Of a stretch of DNA of 64,000 nt, positions 1-10,487 are shown piece by piece. Below the pieces are notes generated by a model. It made no database searches and was not told the origin of the DNA. It worked only from the letters and a program-made list of their open reading frames with translations. Location: assembly GCA_965205485.1 (NCBI GenBank), contig OZ242180.1:864001-928000 (forward strand). The letters are read 5' to 3'. Position 1 is the stretch's first letter. The number at the start of each line of letters is the position of its first letter. The translations under genes and the position numbers were made by a program. Source of the stretch: Candidatus Latescibacterota bacterium (GTDB lineage Bacteria; Latescibacterota; UBA2968; GCA-2709665).

Positions 1-1049
1 CCGTCGTGGCTGAACGGCTGAAGGAGTCCACTCGTAACGTCATCCAGATCAAACACATCAAGCGACCCGGACGGATTTATCATATACACGACCCATTCCC
101 TCGTTTCAAGAGATCCTTTTTGGTCGTACGAGACGAACAGATATTGATCCCTGACTAATGTCATCGATCCTACAAGGGAAATATCCAATTGTTTCGCTTC
201 GTCAACAGTTCCGCGTCCAATATCGTGGTAGCGATCGGGCAACGCGACGTATCCGTTCGGGCGCCGGCCGAATTTCGCCGTAATTTCGCCTGTTATCGCA
301 TCGATCTCTTTAACCATGTAGTCATTCGGGCCCAGATAATAAAACACCTGTAATGAAGCATTGTAGCACAGCCTCGCGAATTTCGGCATCCGGATCGACA
401 CAACACTCTGATTTCGATTGGAAAGCGGTGTACTGCTTAAAACGCCCCACGTCGCCGGGTCCCGGAGGCGTAATTCCATGATAAGGCTTGTTGGGTTTAC
501 GCGTAGGGAGTATACCTGTCCCTGGCGACCGGCATGTATCTTCGTTGCGCCGATAGATTCGGTTCGATCCAGATATTCGCCCTTGCGATCATACCGGAGG
601 ATCTGCCCTCGAACCCCATCAAGGAGATAGACCCTGCCCTCAGGATCGATCGACATACCGTAGGCCGACCGATGCTCACCGGGGCCTCTGCCTGTCCGCC
701 CAAATGAGCGAATGTACTGATTGTCCCGGTAGTTGATTTCGTGCGCCTGATTGCTATCACGGTCGGTAACCAACAGGGTTCCCTCAGGTGAAATACCCAT
801 CCACTCAACGTACCCAATCCCGGGCATGTCCTGATCAAACCCAAGCTCGAAGGTTTCTTGCAATTCAAGCGCTACTTTCCCTGCAGATCGCAGCGGCCTT
901 TCAGGGATGCGCTCTTCATCCGGTATCCCTTCCAAAACGCGATCCCCTCCGCACCCGGCAACAGTACCCACGATGAGGGCGCCAGCGATCCAAAAGACGC
1001 GAACAGGAAATATCGAGCTCAAATCAGTGTACGTGCGAACCCTGCTCAT
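1..1049 (-). CDS. Lipoprotein with NHL/6-bladed beta-propeller-like repeats; 3' end runs off the window; paralog of 1282-2457
   Basis: Not in the ORF track. I translated an open frame from ATG 1049 (RBS GGAGAA) to position 1: MSRVRTYTDL...TVAGC...YIRSFGRTGRGPGEH...IDPEGRVYLLDG. It is colinear with the neighbouring gene. Confidence 0.85.
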   Translation of the reverse strand, partial: MSRVRTYTDLSSIFPVRVFWIAGALIVGTVAGCGGDRVLEGIPDEERIPERPLRSAGKVALELQETFELGFDQDMPGIGYVEWMGISPEGTLLVTDRDSNQAHEINYRDNQYIRSFGRTGRGPGEHRSAYGMSIDPEGRVYLLDGVRGQILRYDRKGEYLDRTESIGATKIHAGRQGQVYSLRVNPTSLIMELRLRDPATWGVLSSTPLSNRNQSVVSIRMPKFARLCYNASLQVFYYLGPNDYMVKEIDAITGEITAKFGRRPNGYVALPDRYHDIGRGTVDEAKQLDISLVGSMTLVRDQYLFVSYDQKGSLETREWVVYMINPSGSLDVFDLDDVTSGLLQPFSHD

Positions 1050-1281
1050 TGGCGTTCTCCACTCATTGATTGTACCTTGCCGCTGTCCTCGACGAACCCT
1101 TCGGTCGCAACCCACGGCCTTCAAGAGGCATTCTGCGATGACGGGGTGCGACTGAAAATAGCAGCGATGCCAATTTCGATTCGTTTAGACTCTTCGGCCC
1201 GGGAATCGGGTGCTGACAGCCTGGAGGAGGATGAGTGAAATGGAACCCTCGCGATATCCCTGAGCGTCCTGGCGACCCTTC

Positions 1282-2457
1282 TTAGTTCAGGTCCAACGTA
1301 ACCGCGTATTTTTCTATCGTACCGATGGATTTGTATGCAACCTCGCTACGAGGCGGTCTCCAAATGAACATGAACTCTTGCGCGGCCGTGATGGCTCCCA
1401 TCCCCGGCACACCGCCGTGGCCGCTGAATCGCCGAAGGCGTCCACTCGTAACGTCATCCAGATCAAACACATCAATCGTCCCGGACGGATTTATCAAATA
1501 GACGACCCATTCCCTCGTTAAAGTTTCCGGGTGGTCGTATGAGACGAACAGATATCGATCCTCAACCAATGTCATAGATCCTACAGTGGTAATATCCAAT
1601 GGTCTCAATTCGTCAAAAGTTCCACGGCCGATATGGTGGTAGAGATCGGGCACCGCAACGAATCCTTGCGGACGCAGGCCGAATTTCGCCGTAATCTCAC
1701 CTGTTACCGCATCGATCTTCTTGATCAAGTAGTCATTCGGGCCCAGATAATAAAACACCTGCAACGAAGCGCTATAGCACAACTTTGCGAGATGTCTCAT
1801 CCGAAACGACACGTAACTCTGTTTCGGATCGGAAAGCGGTGTACGGCTGACGACTGCCCACGTCGCTGAGTCCCGGCGCTGCAATTCCATGATAAGACTT
1901 GAATTCACGCGTAGGAAAAACACCCCATCATTGCGACCGGCGTGAATCTTCGATACCCCGAAAGATTGGGTCCGATCCAGGAATCGGCCCTTGCGATCAT
2001 ACCGGAGGATCTGCCCTTGAACCCCGTCAAGGAGATAGACTCTGCCCTCAGGATCTATCGTCATATCGTCAGCCGACAAGTGTTCCCCGGGACCTCTGCC
2101 TGGACGACCGAATGAGCGAATGTACTCTAAGTCCCGGTAGTTGATTTCGTGCGCCTGATGGCTTAACCGGTCGGCAACCATCAGGGTGCGCTCAGGTGAA
2201 ATACCCATCCACTCAACATCCCCGATCTCAGGCATGTCCTCATCAATCACAAGCTCGACGCTTTCTCGCAATTCAAGCGCCACTTTCCCTGCATATCGCA
2301 GCGGCTTTTCGGGAATGCGCTCTTCATCCGGTACTTCATCCACAACGCCAGTCCATCCGCACCCGGCAATAGTACCCACCATAAGCGCGCCTGCGATCAG
2401 AAAGACGCGCACGGGAAACATCGAGCACAAATCAGGATACGTGTGAACCCTGCTCAT
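1282..2457 (-). CDS. Lipoprotein with NHL/6-bladed beta-propeller-like domain
   Basis: Signal peptide with lipobox IAGC; motif FGRPGRGPGE..DDMTIDPEGRVYLLD typical of NHL-type propellers; RBS GGAGAA. Confidence 0.75.
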   Translation of the reverse strand: MSRVHTYPDLCSMFPVRVFLIAGALMVGTIAGCGWTGVVDEVPDEERIPEKPLRYAGKVALELRESVELVIDEDMPEIGDVEWMGISPERTLMVADRLSHQAHEINYRDLEYIRSFGRPGRGPGEHLSADDMTIDPEGRVYLLDGVQGQILRYDRKGRFLDRTQSFGVSKIHAGRNDGVFFLRVNSSLIMELQRRDSATWAVVSRTPLSDPKQSYVSFRMRHLAKLCYSASLQVFYYLGPNDYLIKKIDAVTGEITAKFGLRPQGFVAVPDLYHHIGRGTFDELRPLDITTVGSMTLVEDRYLFVSYDHPETLTREWVVYLINPSGTIDVFDLDDVTSGRLRRFSGHGGVPGMGAITAAQEFMFIWRPPRSEVAYKSIGTIEKYAVTLDLN

Positions 2458-2639
2458 TGATGTTCTCCATTCCGGTTTCTAATCACTGCTGTCCAAGATA
2501 GTTTGGAAAAGACGATCCTGGATCCGCAGGTACCTGGTTTTCGTGAGAGTCGTTTCGAGGTGCCAATGCAGGTCGCCATCTATTGGCCAGGCTGTCCAAG
2601 TCAGGAACCGAATTGGGACCGGTGTTGCTTGGGTTCCCT

Positions 2640-2787
2640 GGAGCGAGGGCATCCTGCCCTCGACGTCGGATAACTCGTCGCACACGACATTTTCCGCGAA
2701 CCGGTGTCGGATTCAATGAACACGTCAGTTTCTCGACGCGAGTAGGGATAGGTGACGCGAAGTTCGAGGGCAGGATGCCCTCGCTCC
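2640..2787. repeat. REPIN-like pair: perfect 24-bp inverted repeats GGAGCGAGGGCATCCTGCCCTCGA with ~100-bp spacer
   Basis: 2640-2663 and its exact reverse complement at 2764-2787; each arm is itself palindromic (CGAGGGCA-TCC-TGCCCTCG). Confidence 0.85.
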
Positions 2788-3133
2788 GGTTACAGGTGGA
2801 TCATGTGTTGTTAGCAATTGGTAAAGACGATTTTGGACGGGTGTGGTTTCTTATGCTTCTTGAATATCAGGTTCAGATTCCAGACCGAGCGCTGCTGCAG
2901 GTTCGTCTGAGATACCACATTTGCTGCTTTGATGGCCCGCAGAAACATCAGTTCAACTAATTTCAATATAAGTAGGGCCACTTGACAGTGCAACGTCCCG
3001 TGACAACGACCGAAAACAAGAAACGCTCCCAAGTTTCTAATCTCAGGAGCGTAAATGTCGACGAAATATCAAAAACGGAATCCGCTTTTCGCTGCACATT
3101 ATCCGGCTACGATTCCCGGCCTACCACCATCCG

Positions 3134-4459
3134 TCATTCAGCCTCAGACAATCCAATCACCCACGCCAGCTGATCTTTGATAGTTGCTTTGAAATCGCTG
3201 CTCAGTCCGGTTTTTTCGTACCGGATGTTTCCTTCTCGATCCACAATACACGTATACGGTATCTTATCGAAACCGAATTCACGCCGCACTTCATCATTCC
3301 CCATCAGATAAGTCATGCTGGGCGCCAAACGCGCCTTTGTGCTCAACACCAGATCCTTCCGATTCTCCTCCTCGTCCTGTGAATCCAGATTGACGGCCAG
3401 AAACGCTACCGACTTCTGCTTATAGGTACGCGTCAGAGCTTCGAGTTGAGGCAATTCCTCAAGACATGGACCGCACCAACTGGCCCAGAAATTGATCAAC
3501 ACAACCTTCCCTTTTAACGCGTCCAAACTCATTGATTCATCAGTCAAGGTCTTCAATGTAAACATCGGCGCCGGTCGCCTCACGCGTTTTTCAACCAACC
3601 GGGCTTTGCGCGATTCTTCAATCTCGGCCTTCAGATCCGCGTACGCGTAAATGATCCCGTCCGCAGAACCGAACTTCCCGATATACGCTCTGCTCCAGAG
3701 TTCGTAGACGGGTTCGCGGATCACCGAGTTCTTCAGAAGGTCACATGCCAGTTCATATGCAGGATTCCATCGGTCTTGCTCGATGTATAGCCTCAGCAGA
3801 TCCAGCCGAATCCCGTCTACGGTTTTCTGGCGGGTTGCCTGATCCGGAAACGCCGTCACGGGCAGCGCCTCCACCTGCCGCAAGCTGCGACGGATTACCT
3901 TCAATGCCTCCCCCGGCTGATTCGCCAACTGAAAAGCCCGGCTTAACAGTCCATGTCTTCGGATAATAACTGGCTGGTAACCGTCACCTGCATTGGCATA
4001 TACGCTCTCCGCGATTGCCAGTGACTTTTGCGCGAAAATGAGGGTTTTACCGGGGAAAATCTCCTTATCAATAAAGGTCTTCACTATCTGTTGGTATAAA
4101 CCGTTCCGATTCGGCTGTAACGCGATAGTTTCCTCAGCTAAACGAAGGAGGAACCCGGGATCATCGACTACGATGCTGTAGTGAATAAACAACCATTCCA
4201 GCGCATCTACCCTCAAATTCGTCTGCGGATATTCTGTGCGGAATTCTTCGAGGGCGAGAATCCCATCCCAGTGCTCTTCTGTTTCTTTCGCGCGTGCAAG
4301 CTTCATTTTCGCCTGTGAAAGGCGCCGTAGTTCTTCCCAGGAATAAGTCGGCGCGCCTGCATAAGCGTCCGAATTCAGAAATATCGCAATCAAAATCAGA
4401 ACAGCGATTTCCACAAGATGACGACTTCGATATTTCATTTCTAACATTGATGTCAACAT
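3134..4459 (-). CDS. Secreted TlpA-family thiol-disulfide oxidoreductase with a long helical/TPR-like N-terminus (true start may be a few codons downstream)
   Basis: C-terminal KGKVVLINFWASWCGPCLEELP and IPYTCIVDREG; N-terminal signal peptide. Confidence 0.85.
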   Translation of the reverse strand: MLTSMLEMKYRSRHLVEIAVLILIAIFLNSDAYAGAPTYSWEELRRLSQAKMKLARAKETEEHWDGILALEEFRTEYPQTNLRVDALEWLFIHYSIVVDDPGFLLRLAEETIALQPNRNGLYQQIVKTFIDKEIFPGKTLIFAQKSLAIAESVYANAGDGYQPVIIRRHGLLSRAFQLANQPGEALKVIRRSLRQVEALPVTAFPDQATRQKTVDGIRLDLLRLYIEQDRWNPAYELACDLLKNSVIREPVYELWSRAYIGKFGSADGIIYAYADLKAEIEESRKARLVEKRVRRPAPMFTLKTLTDESMSLDALKGKVVLINFWASWCGPCLEELPQLEALTRTYKQKSVAFLAVNLDSQDEEENRKDLVLSTKARLAPSMTYLMGNDEVRREFGFDKIPYTCIVDREGNIRYEKTGLSSDFKATIKDQLAWVIGLSEAE

Positions 4460-4471
4460 TCGGGCCTCCCA

Positions 4472-5776
4472 TTAACGCCTGTCCGCCCAAAAGAGACTAA
4501 ATGTCCTCTGTGCGGCATGCGCTCTAGACCGGTTTAACTTGAGATCGACGAAATATACGCCGTCCGACAGGCGACGTTTTTCGAGTAGTAATGTATGACT
4601 TCCCACGCTCTGGATGTCGTCTACAAGCAATGCAGCCAGCCTTCCAGACATATTGTAGACTTTGAGCCCAACGTGCACGGAGTCCACAAAGGCCGAGTCG
4701 GGAATTGTGTATGCAATCGTTACCACGGAATCCGCCGGCGAATCGGACAGTGTCAGCGTCGGCCTGGCAGGACTGTCTGTTGAAGCTTTGCGTTGCTGCG
4801 TGAATCTCGTGGTGTCGGCACTCTCGGTCTGCCCTACTGCGTTTCCCTTCGTTGCGCTTTGCTGAAGGGAAGCTACCGCCTGTTTGCTGCGGTTGACGGG
4901 GTTAGACGAGTCGTCTTTTTCAATTTCGATTGTCATCTCTGCGGCGGTCGCACCCGGCTTCGGTGACGAATTCGAACCGTTTTCCCACTGGACAATGGCG
5001 ACGAATCCGGAATAGTATATCCCCGTTCCCACAACCGCCGCCGTCAGGATACCGCCAGTTCGCCAGTACGGACTTTGGGAAAAGAACCGTTTTGCACTTG
5101 CCCAGATCGAATCCGGTGTCAAAAGGAGCATTGGCGGTAGTGCGGCCATTACCTTCTTCGTCAGTTCAGACGTCGGTTGGCGCTCCTTCAATGTCTCCTC
5201 GACGATCGGCATCAGATCTTCCCGAAGCTGGTCGCGGCCCACCTGAAGCCTGCCGAGCACGGTGCTTTCCGGAACTTCCAGCATCTCGGCGATCTCCCTG
5301 TACTTCAACCCCTCCATGTAGTGCAAAAGCACGACCTCTCGATACTTCTCCGGAAGCCGTTCGACCGCTTCAAGGATGTGGTTTCGCATCTCCTCCATTT
5401 CGTATTCACTGTCCGGCGAAGTCGGCAGGCGAACGAACGCATCCGGCAGGACTTCGCTATGAAGAGAGGCTTCCTTCGTATCGTCCAAATCACCAACCGG
5501 TAAGTTCGTCTTGCGTTTTCGAATCCATTCATTTGAATTATTCATAGCAATACCCCGAACCCACGCACGAAACTTCGCGGGGTCCTTCAACGTTCCAAGA
5601 TGCCTGTATGCGTCTACGAAAGTCGCCTGGACGATGTCCTCCGAAGCGTCGAAATTTCCCGTCCTTCCCACGACTTGGGCGTACACCGTCCCCTTGTAAC
5701 GTTCAACAAGCGGTTCAAAAGCGTCTTTGTCGCCCGACAGGACTCGCCTGACAAATATGCTGTCTGCCACGTCCAT
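4472..5776 (-). CDS. ECF sigma-70 factor with TM segment, low-complexity linker and C-terminal FlgD-Ig/T9SS-A-like domain
   Basis: Region 2 (AFEPLVERY..EDIVQATF..FRAWVRGIA); region 4 (LPEKYREVVLLHYMEGLKYREIAEML); hydrophobic GGILTAAVVGTGIYYSGFVAIV; C-terminal TIAYTIP..LKVYNMSGR..LSDGVYFV. Confidence 0.85.
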   Translation of the reverse strand: MDVADSIFVRRVLSGDKDAFEPLVERYKGTVYAQVVGRTGNFDASEDIVQATFVDAYRHLGTLKDPAKFRAWVRGIAMNNSNEWIRKRKTNLPVGDLDDTKEASLHSEVLPDAFVRLPTSPDSEYEMEEMRNHILEAVERLPEKYREVVLLHYMEGLKYREIAEMLEVPESTVLGRLQVGRDQLREDLMPIVEETLKERQPTSELTKKVMAALPPMLLLTPDSIWASAKRFFSQSPYWRTGGILTAAVVGTGIYYSGFVAIVQWENGSNSSPKPGATAAEMTIEIEKDDSSNPVNRSKQAVASLQQSATKGNAVGQTESADTTRFTQQRKASTDSPARPTLTLSDSPADSVVTIAYTIPDSAFVDSVHVGLKVYNMSGRLAALLVDDIQSVGSHTLLLEKRRLSDGVYFVDLKLNRSRAHAAQRTFSLFWADRR

Positions 5777-6276
5777 ACAACCTCCACATTAGAGAAATCT
5801 GTCCGGGGACATCGCCAAAGGTTCGTGTATCGATCCCTGCTCCTACCATAATAGTGACGTAGGAACCCAAATACTAAAAAAAACCTTTGAAATCCGCGTC
5901 GCACCAACATATCGGATGCCTGCCGGACGCAATAGCATTCTACGTTAACGCAGGTCAATTGTGGACTGAATCGCCCATCGCAAGGGCAACGCGGATTCGC
6001 CGATTGACGACGCGCACTTTGTTCAAATCCGGCTGCGCAATCTGGAAGAGTCGGTGATCGAGAGACGAGAAGAGTCGGTGGATACGCTCACGGCCGGATT
6101 GTCGGTCTGTCTGCGCCAATCTTCTCCAACGCCGGATGCGGATACCGGCGCTGTTTTTGCGCTTGACAACCAGCGAACGATGCCTACATAATGACTGCGG
6201 TGCGAACCCGTACGCTTGCACCTGAGAGAGGGCAGGAAACGCAATCCCAACGCAGTCTCTTCACCGTCGGAGTCGG

Positions 6277-7149
6277 GTGAGCGAATCCAATCGAAAAGGC
6301 GATTCGAGGACCATCGGGGACATCCGCGTAACCGCGCTGGACGCCGGGCGGTTCAGTCTGGACGGGGGCACGATGTTCGGCGTGGTCCCCCGGTCGATCT
6401 GGGAGAAGAAGATCCCGCCCGACGAGCGGAACCGGATTCAACTCGGCCTGAACTGCCTGCTGGTTGAGACACTGGCGGAGACCGTTCTGGTTGAAACCGG
6501 CGTGGGCGCCGATAAGCTGTCAGGGAAACACCGGGATATTTATGGTGTGGACCCCTCAAGGGGCGTAATCGAAGCGCTTGCCGATGCGGGCGTTACGCCG
6601 GAGGCGGTGGACCGGGTGGTACTCACCCACCTTCATATGGACCACGCCGGCGGGACGACGGTTCAGACGGACGAAGGATATGTGCCCGCGTTTCCGAACG
6701 CCAGGTACATCGTGCAACGACAGGAATGGGTAGACGCCGTTGGCGCTGACCGGCAGACCGTTCACGGGTACAACGTCGAGTCGGACCTGTTGCCGCTGGA
6801 ACGCGCGGGCGTACTGGAGCTTGTGGAGGGCGACGTGGAGGTCTGCCACGGCGTGCGCGTTTTTCTCACGCCCGGGCACACGAAGGCGCATCAGTCCGTC
6901 CTGGTACAATCGGGTGACGAAGCCGTCTGTTTCATTGGGGACCTGGTCCCCACGCGACATCACATGCACCCGGTCTACATCATGGCGTTCGACCTGTATC
7001 CCAGGAAGACGTTCAAGGTGCGCCAGCAGGTGTTGAAGCAGGCGGCCGGCGAAGGCTGGCTGGTGGCGTGGCCGCACGATCCGGAGCAGGTCTGGGCATA
7101 CATCACGATTGACGACAGGGGTGAATACACTCCGGTGGAGGAGCTCTGA
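6277..7149 (+). CDS. Metallo-beta-lactamase-fold hydrolase (YtnP-like lactonase family)
   Basis: LDGGTMFGVVP, THLHMDHAGG, TPGHT, GDL, HD motifs. Confidence 0.9.
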   Translation: MSESNRKGDSRTIGDIRVTALDAGRFSLDGGTMFGVVPRSIWEKKIPPDERNRIQLGLNCLLVETLAETVLVETGVGADKLSGKHRDIYGVDPSRGVIEALADAGVTPEAVDRVVLTHLHMDHAGGTTVQTDEGYVPAFPNARYIVQRQEWVDAVGADRQTVHGYNVESDLLPLERAGVLELVEGDVEVCHGVRVFLTPGHTKAHQSVLVQSGDEAVCFIGDLVPTRHHMHPVYIMAFDLYPRKTFKVRQQVLKQAAGEGWLVAWPHDPEQVWAYITIDDRGEYTPVEEL

Positions 7150-7150
7150 T

Positions 7151-8113
7151 ATGGCGGTGAAGATGGTGTTCTGGCCGGCGTTCAAGCCGGATTGGATGGC
7201 GCGCATCAGGGAACTGGGCGTGGAGGCGTGCGAAGCGGACTCCGATGCGGAGGCACTGGACCTGATCGGTGACGCGGACGCGTATTACGGTCGCATGACG
7301 CCGGCGCTGCTGGCGGCCGGAAAGAAGCTGCGGTGGATACAGGCGACGAGCGCGGGCCTTGACGGTTACTATTTTCCTGAGTTGAGAGACAGCGACGTAA
7401 CCGTCACGAACCTGCGCGGGATCTACAGCGACGTCATTGCAGAACACGTGTTTGCGTTGCTGCTTTCCATGGCCAGAGGCATTCCGGCATATTTCCGGAG
7501 CCAGCAGGAGGGTCGATGGGAGAGTAAAGACGTACCGGTAATCCACGTGGCGGGCACAACCCTCGGCGTGCTGGGTCTGGGCGGGATCGGGCTGGCAGTT
7601 GCCGAACGGGGCCATGCATTCGGGATGCGCGTACTCGCCCTGGATCCGGCCCCAAAGGGACGTCCCGACTACGTGGAACGTGTCTACGGCGTACACGAAT
7701 TGCACGAGATGCTGGATGAGGTGGATTTCTTCGTCATCTGCGCCCCGCATACCGGCGAGACCGACCGGATGATCGATGCCGCGGCGTTGAAGGCGATGAA
7801 ATCGAGCGCGATATTCATCAACATCGGCCGTGGAAAAGTGGTGGACCTCGCCGCGCTCACCCGGGCGCTGGGAAACGGCGAAATCGCGGGCGCCGGTCTG
7901 GACGTCTTCGAAGAAGAGCCGCTGCCGGAAGGGCATCCGCTATGGGCGATGGAGAATGTGATGATCACCCCGCACGTTGCGGCAATCTCGGACCGGATCG
8001 AGGATCGACGGATCGGTCTGATTCTGGAAAACATACGGCGGTTCCGGGACGGCGAACCGCTGTTGAACGTGGTAGACAACAAGAGGGGATACGTGGTTTC
8101 CCTGAGTGAGTAG
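7151..8113 (+). CDS. D-2-hydroxyacid dehydrogenase family
   Basis: GLGGIG, INIGRGKVVD, GAGLDVFEEEPLP..HPLW..NVMITPHVA; start taken at ATG 7151. Confidence 0.9.
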   Translation: MAVKMVFWPAFKPDWMARIRELGVEACEADSDAEALDLIGDADAYYGRMTPALLAAGKKLRWIQATSAGLDGYYFPELRDSDVTVTNLRGIYSDVIAEHVFALLLSMARGIPAYFRSQQEGRWESKDVPVIHVAGTTLGVLGLGGIGLAVAERGHAFGMRVLALDPAPKGRPDYVERVYGVHELHEMLDEVDFFVICAPHTGETDRMIDAAALKAMKSSAIFINIGRGKVVDLAALTRALGNGEIAGAGLDVFEEEPLPEGHPLWAMENVMITPHVAAISDRIEDRRIGLILENIRRFRDGEPLLNVVDNKRGYVVSLSE

Positions 8114-8136
8114 CCGAACCGAAAAGGAGGCTGGCG

Positions 8137-9195
8137 ATGTTCGGAAGTGAAATGGAACCGCTGGGACAGACCTGGACCGAAATCGAAGGCGAATCCTGCG
8201 GCGCACGGGAAGACGAACGCGGCCCCATCGGCGGGGGCGAGGGATATGAATGCGCGGTATCCGCAACGGGGGAGGCAATTTCCACGCTGGACGACCTCCT
8301 CGAGGCGCTGGCGCAGGCGAAATCGGGGGACGTTGTATACGTGGACGGATGCGCTGAGATTGACTGCACCGAACGTGTGTACATAGAGTCCCTCGTGCTG
8401 GAGATCCCTGAGGGCGTCACCCTGGCCAGCGACCGGGGCGTTGACGGCTCGGATGGCGGGATGATCCTGAGCGACACGTTCGACACGAATCCCCTGATCC
8501 TTGTGACGGGGCCGAATGTGCGGGTCTCCGGGCTCCGCATCAAGGGACCGAATCCCAAGCGGTGCCTGGAACACCACAACCGGTCGTTCCGCGAGGGCAG
8601 GGGGCACGAATACTACTATAAATTCCCTACATCGAATGGGATCACAACCAGACAACCGGGGTTGGAGGTGGACAACTGCGAGCTTGCCGGCTGGAGCCAC
8701 GCGGCGGTCTATCTCAGCTCCGGAGACGGGCATCACGTCCACCACAATTTCATCCATCACAACCAATATAACGGCTTGGGGTACGGTGTGAGCCACGACG
8801 AGGCGTTCTCGTTGATCGAATACAACCGGTTCGACTACAACCGGCACTCACTGGCAGGAACGGGCAGATCGGGCAGTGGATACGAGGCACGGCACAACGT
8901 GGAAATCGGTGAGTCGTTGAGCCATTGTTTCGATATGCACGGCGGCAGGGACCGGAAGGACGGGACGGACGTGGCAGGCACCTGGATGAACGTGCATCAC
9001 AACACATTCCGCTGTCCCAAGACCGCCGTCGTCGTACGCGGCGTCCCGGAAGAAGGCGTGGATGTCCACCACAACTGGCTCTATCAGCGACCCGACGAAC
9101 TGTCGGTTCGGTCCGATGGAAAGACCCGGGTCCGGAATAACGCCTACGGTCTCACGGACCCGGTCCTGGTGGCCAATGCCGACGTGGGTAACTGA
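8137..9195 (+). CDS. Right-handed beta-helix (pectin-lyase-like) protein without signal peptide; paralog of 42858-43988 and 44068-45201
   Basis: VDNCELAGWSHAAV, HVHHNFIHHNQ, FDMHGGRDRKDGTDVAG; RBS AGGAGG. Confidence 0.75.
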   Translation: MFGSEMEPLGQTWTEIEGESCGAREDERGPIGGGEGYECAVSATGEAISTLDDLLEALAQAKSGDVVYVDGCAEIDCTERVYIESLVLEIPEGVTLASDRGVDGSDGGMILSDTFDTNPLILVTGPNVRVSGLRIKGPNPKRCLEHHNRSFREGRGHEYYYKFPTSNGITTRQPGLEVDNCELAGWSHAAVYLSSGDGHHVHHNFIHHNQYNGLGYGVSHDEAFSLIEYNRFDYNRHSLAGTGRSGSGYEARHNVEIGESLSHCFDMHGGRDRKDGTDVAGTWMNVHHNTFRCPKTAVVVRGVPEEGVDVHHNWLYQRPDELSVRSDGKTRVRNNAYGLTDPVLVANADVGN

Positions 9196-9347
9196 ATAAA
9201 TCCCTCATTGTTTCGTAAGTCGGTCATCGTCTCTCTCAGCGATGGCCGTACCGCTCCGCCGCCGCGTAGCGCGCCGGGTTGTCCTGCGCCCCGTCGGGCC
9301 CGCCTTCACCGGCTACCGGTTGGCAGTTTCCTTGCCGGAGTTTTCGG

Positions 9348-10361
9348 ATGTCGCCGATTCTTCGCGTTGCATTTGCATTCATGGTTCCCATTCTACTGGT
9401 GCTGGGCGGCACGCTGGGCTACGCGTGGATTGAGGGATGGAGATTATGGGAAAGTCTGTACATGACGGTGATCACGATTACGACCGTCGGTTACGGCGAG
9501 GTGCATCCGCTGTCGCCGATGGGTCAGCGATTCACGGTCCTGTTTCTGATGTTCAGTTTTGTCGCCGTCGGGTATTCGGTGACAACAGTAATCAGCTTCG
9601 TTTTCGAAGGTCAGATTGTCCATGCAATGCGGGGGCGCAGAATGAAGCGTATGGTCTCAAACCTGAAAGATCACTACATCATCTGTGGCGGCGGGGTCGT
9701 CGGCAAGGAGGTGGCGCAGGAGCTGAAGCGGGCGGGAATGCCTTTTGTCATCGTGGACAAGGATCCAGCTCGCTCTGAATTGGGCCGGGACGAAACGGTC
9801 CTGTTCGTCGAGGGCCGCGCGGAGGACGATGAGGTGCTCGTCGAAGCCGGCATCCATCGCGCAAAGGGTCTGATTGCCGTGCTCAGGGAGGACGCGCTCA
9901 ACGTGTTCGTGGTGCTCTCAGCGAGGCAGGCGAATCCGGACCTGACGATTGTCGCGCGGGCGGCGGAGGAGCGGACCATCGGAAAGCTGATGACGGCAGG
10001 CGCCGACCGGGTGATGTCGCCCTACCAGCTTGCGGGGCGGCGGATCGCGTCGGTGCTTCTGCGTCCGTCTATCGTGGACTTTCTCGACGTCGTCGTTGGG
10101 AAGGGCGATGCCGCGATGCGGCTGGAGCAGTTTCACGTAGACGAGGGGTCTCCACTGGTCGGCAAGCAATTGAAAGATACGGATATCGGTCAGCAGACCG
10201 GTGCGATTGTCGTGGGCATCCAGGGTCCGGACGGAAAGCCCAGGGTTGACCCCGCAGCCTCGGCCGGGCTCTGGGGCGTCACGATTCATCAGGACAACGT
10301 ACTCATCGCACTGGGCAGCGACAGTCAACTGAACCGGTTGAAGGATATGGCAGAGCAGTAG
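9348..10361 (+). CDS. Potassium channel (2TM pore plus TrkA-N/TrkA-C RCK domains)
   Basis: Selectivity filter TTVGYG, HYIICGGGVVG, AGADRVMSPY; RBS GGAG before ATG 9348. Confidence 0.9.
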   Translation: MSPILRVAFAFMVPILLVLGGTLGYAWIEGWRLWESLYMTVITITTVGYGEVHPLSPMGQRFTVLFLMFSFVAVGYSVTTVISFVFEGQIVHAMRGRRMKRMVSNLKDHYIICGGGVVGKEVAQELKRAGMPFVIVDKDPARSELGRDETVLFVEGRAEDDEVLVEAGIHRAKGLIAVLREDALNVFVVLSARQANPDLTIVARAAEERTIGKLMTAGADRVMSPYQLAGRRIASVLLRPSIVDFLDVVVGKGDAAMRLEQFHVDEGSPLVGKQLKDTDIGQQTGAIVVGIQGPDGKPRVDPAASAGLWGVTIHQDNVLIALGSDSQLNRLKDMAEQ

Positions 10362-10487
10362 TGCGGGTTTCCCAAAGAAAGGGATTGCCGATGGCTGCCG
10401 AATTCCATTTTTGAATGCCTTCTCTTACACAACGGGTCGCCGCGAACAGAAGATCGGGCGACCCGTTCTCACACCTGGAGATCATCA

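Noticed and set aside
1..2457. Duplicated genes as a DGR template/variable repeat pair
   Set aside because: Whole-gene duplication with differences at all bases, not adenine-specific; no reverse transcriptase in the window
5777..6276. Short ORFs in the divergent spacer between the sigma and MBL genes
   Set aside because: No RBS or motif support; likely promoter DNA (TTGACA-N18-CATAAT near 6163-6192)
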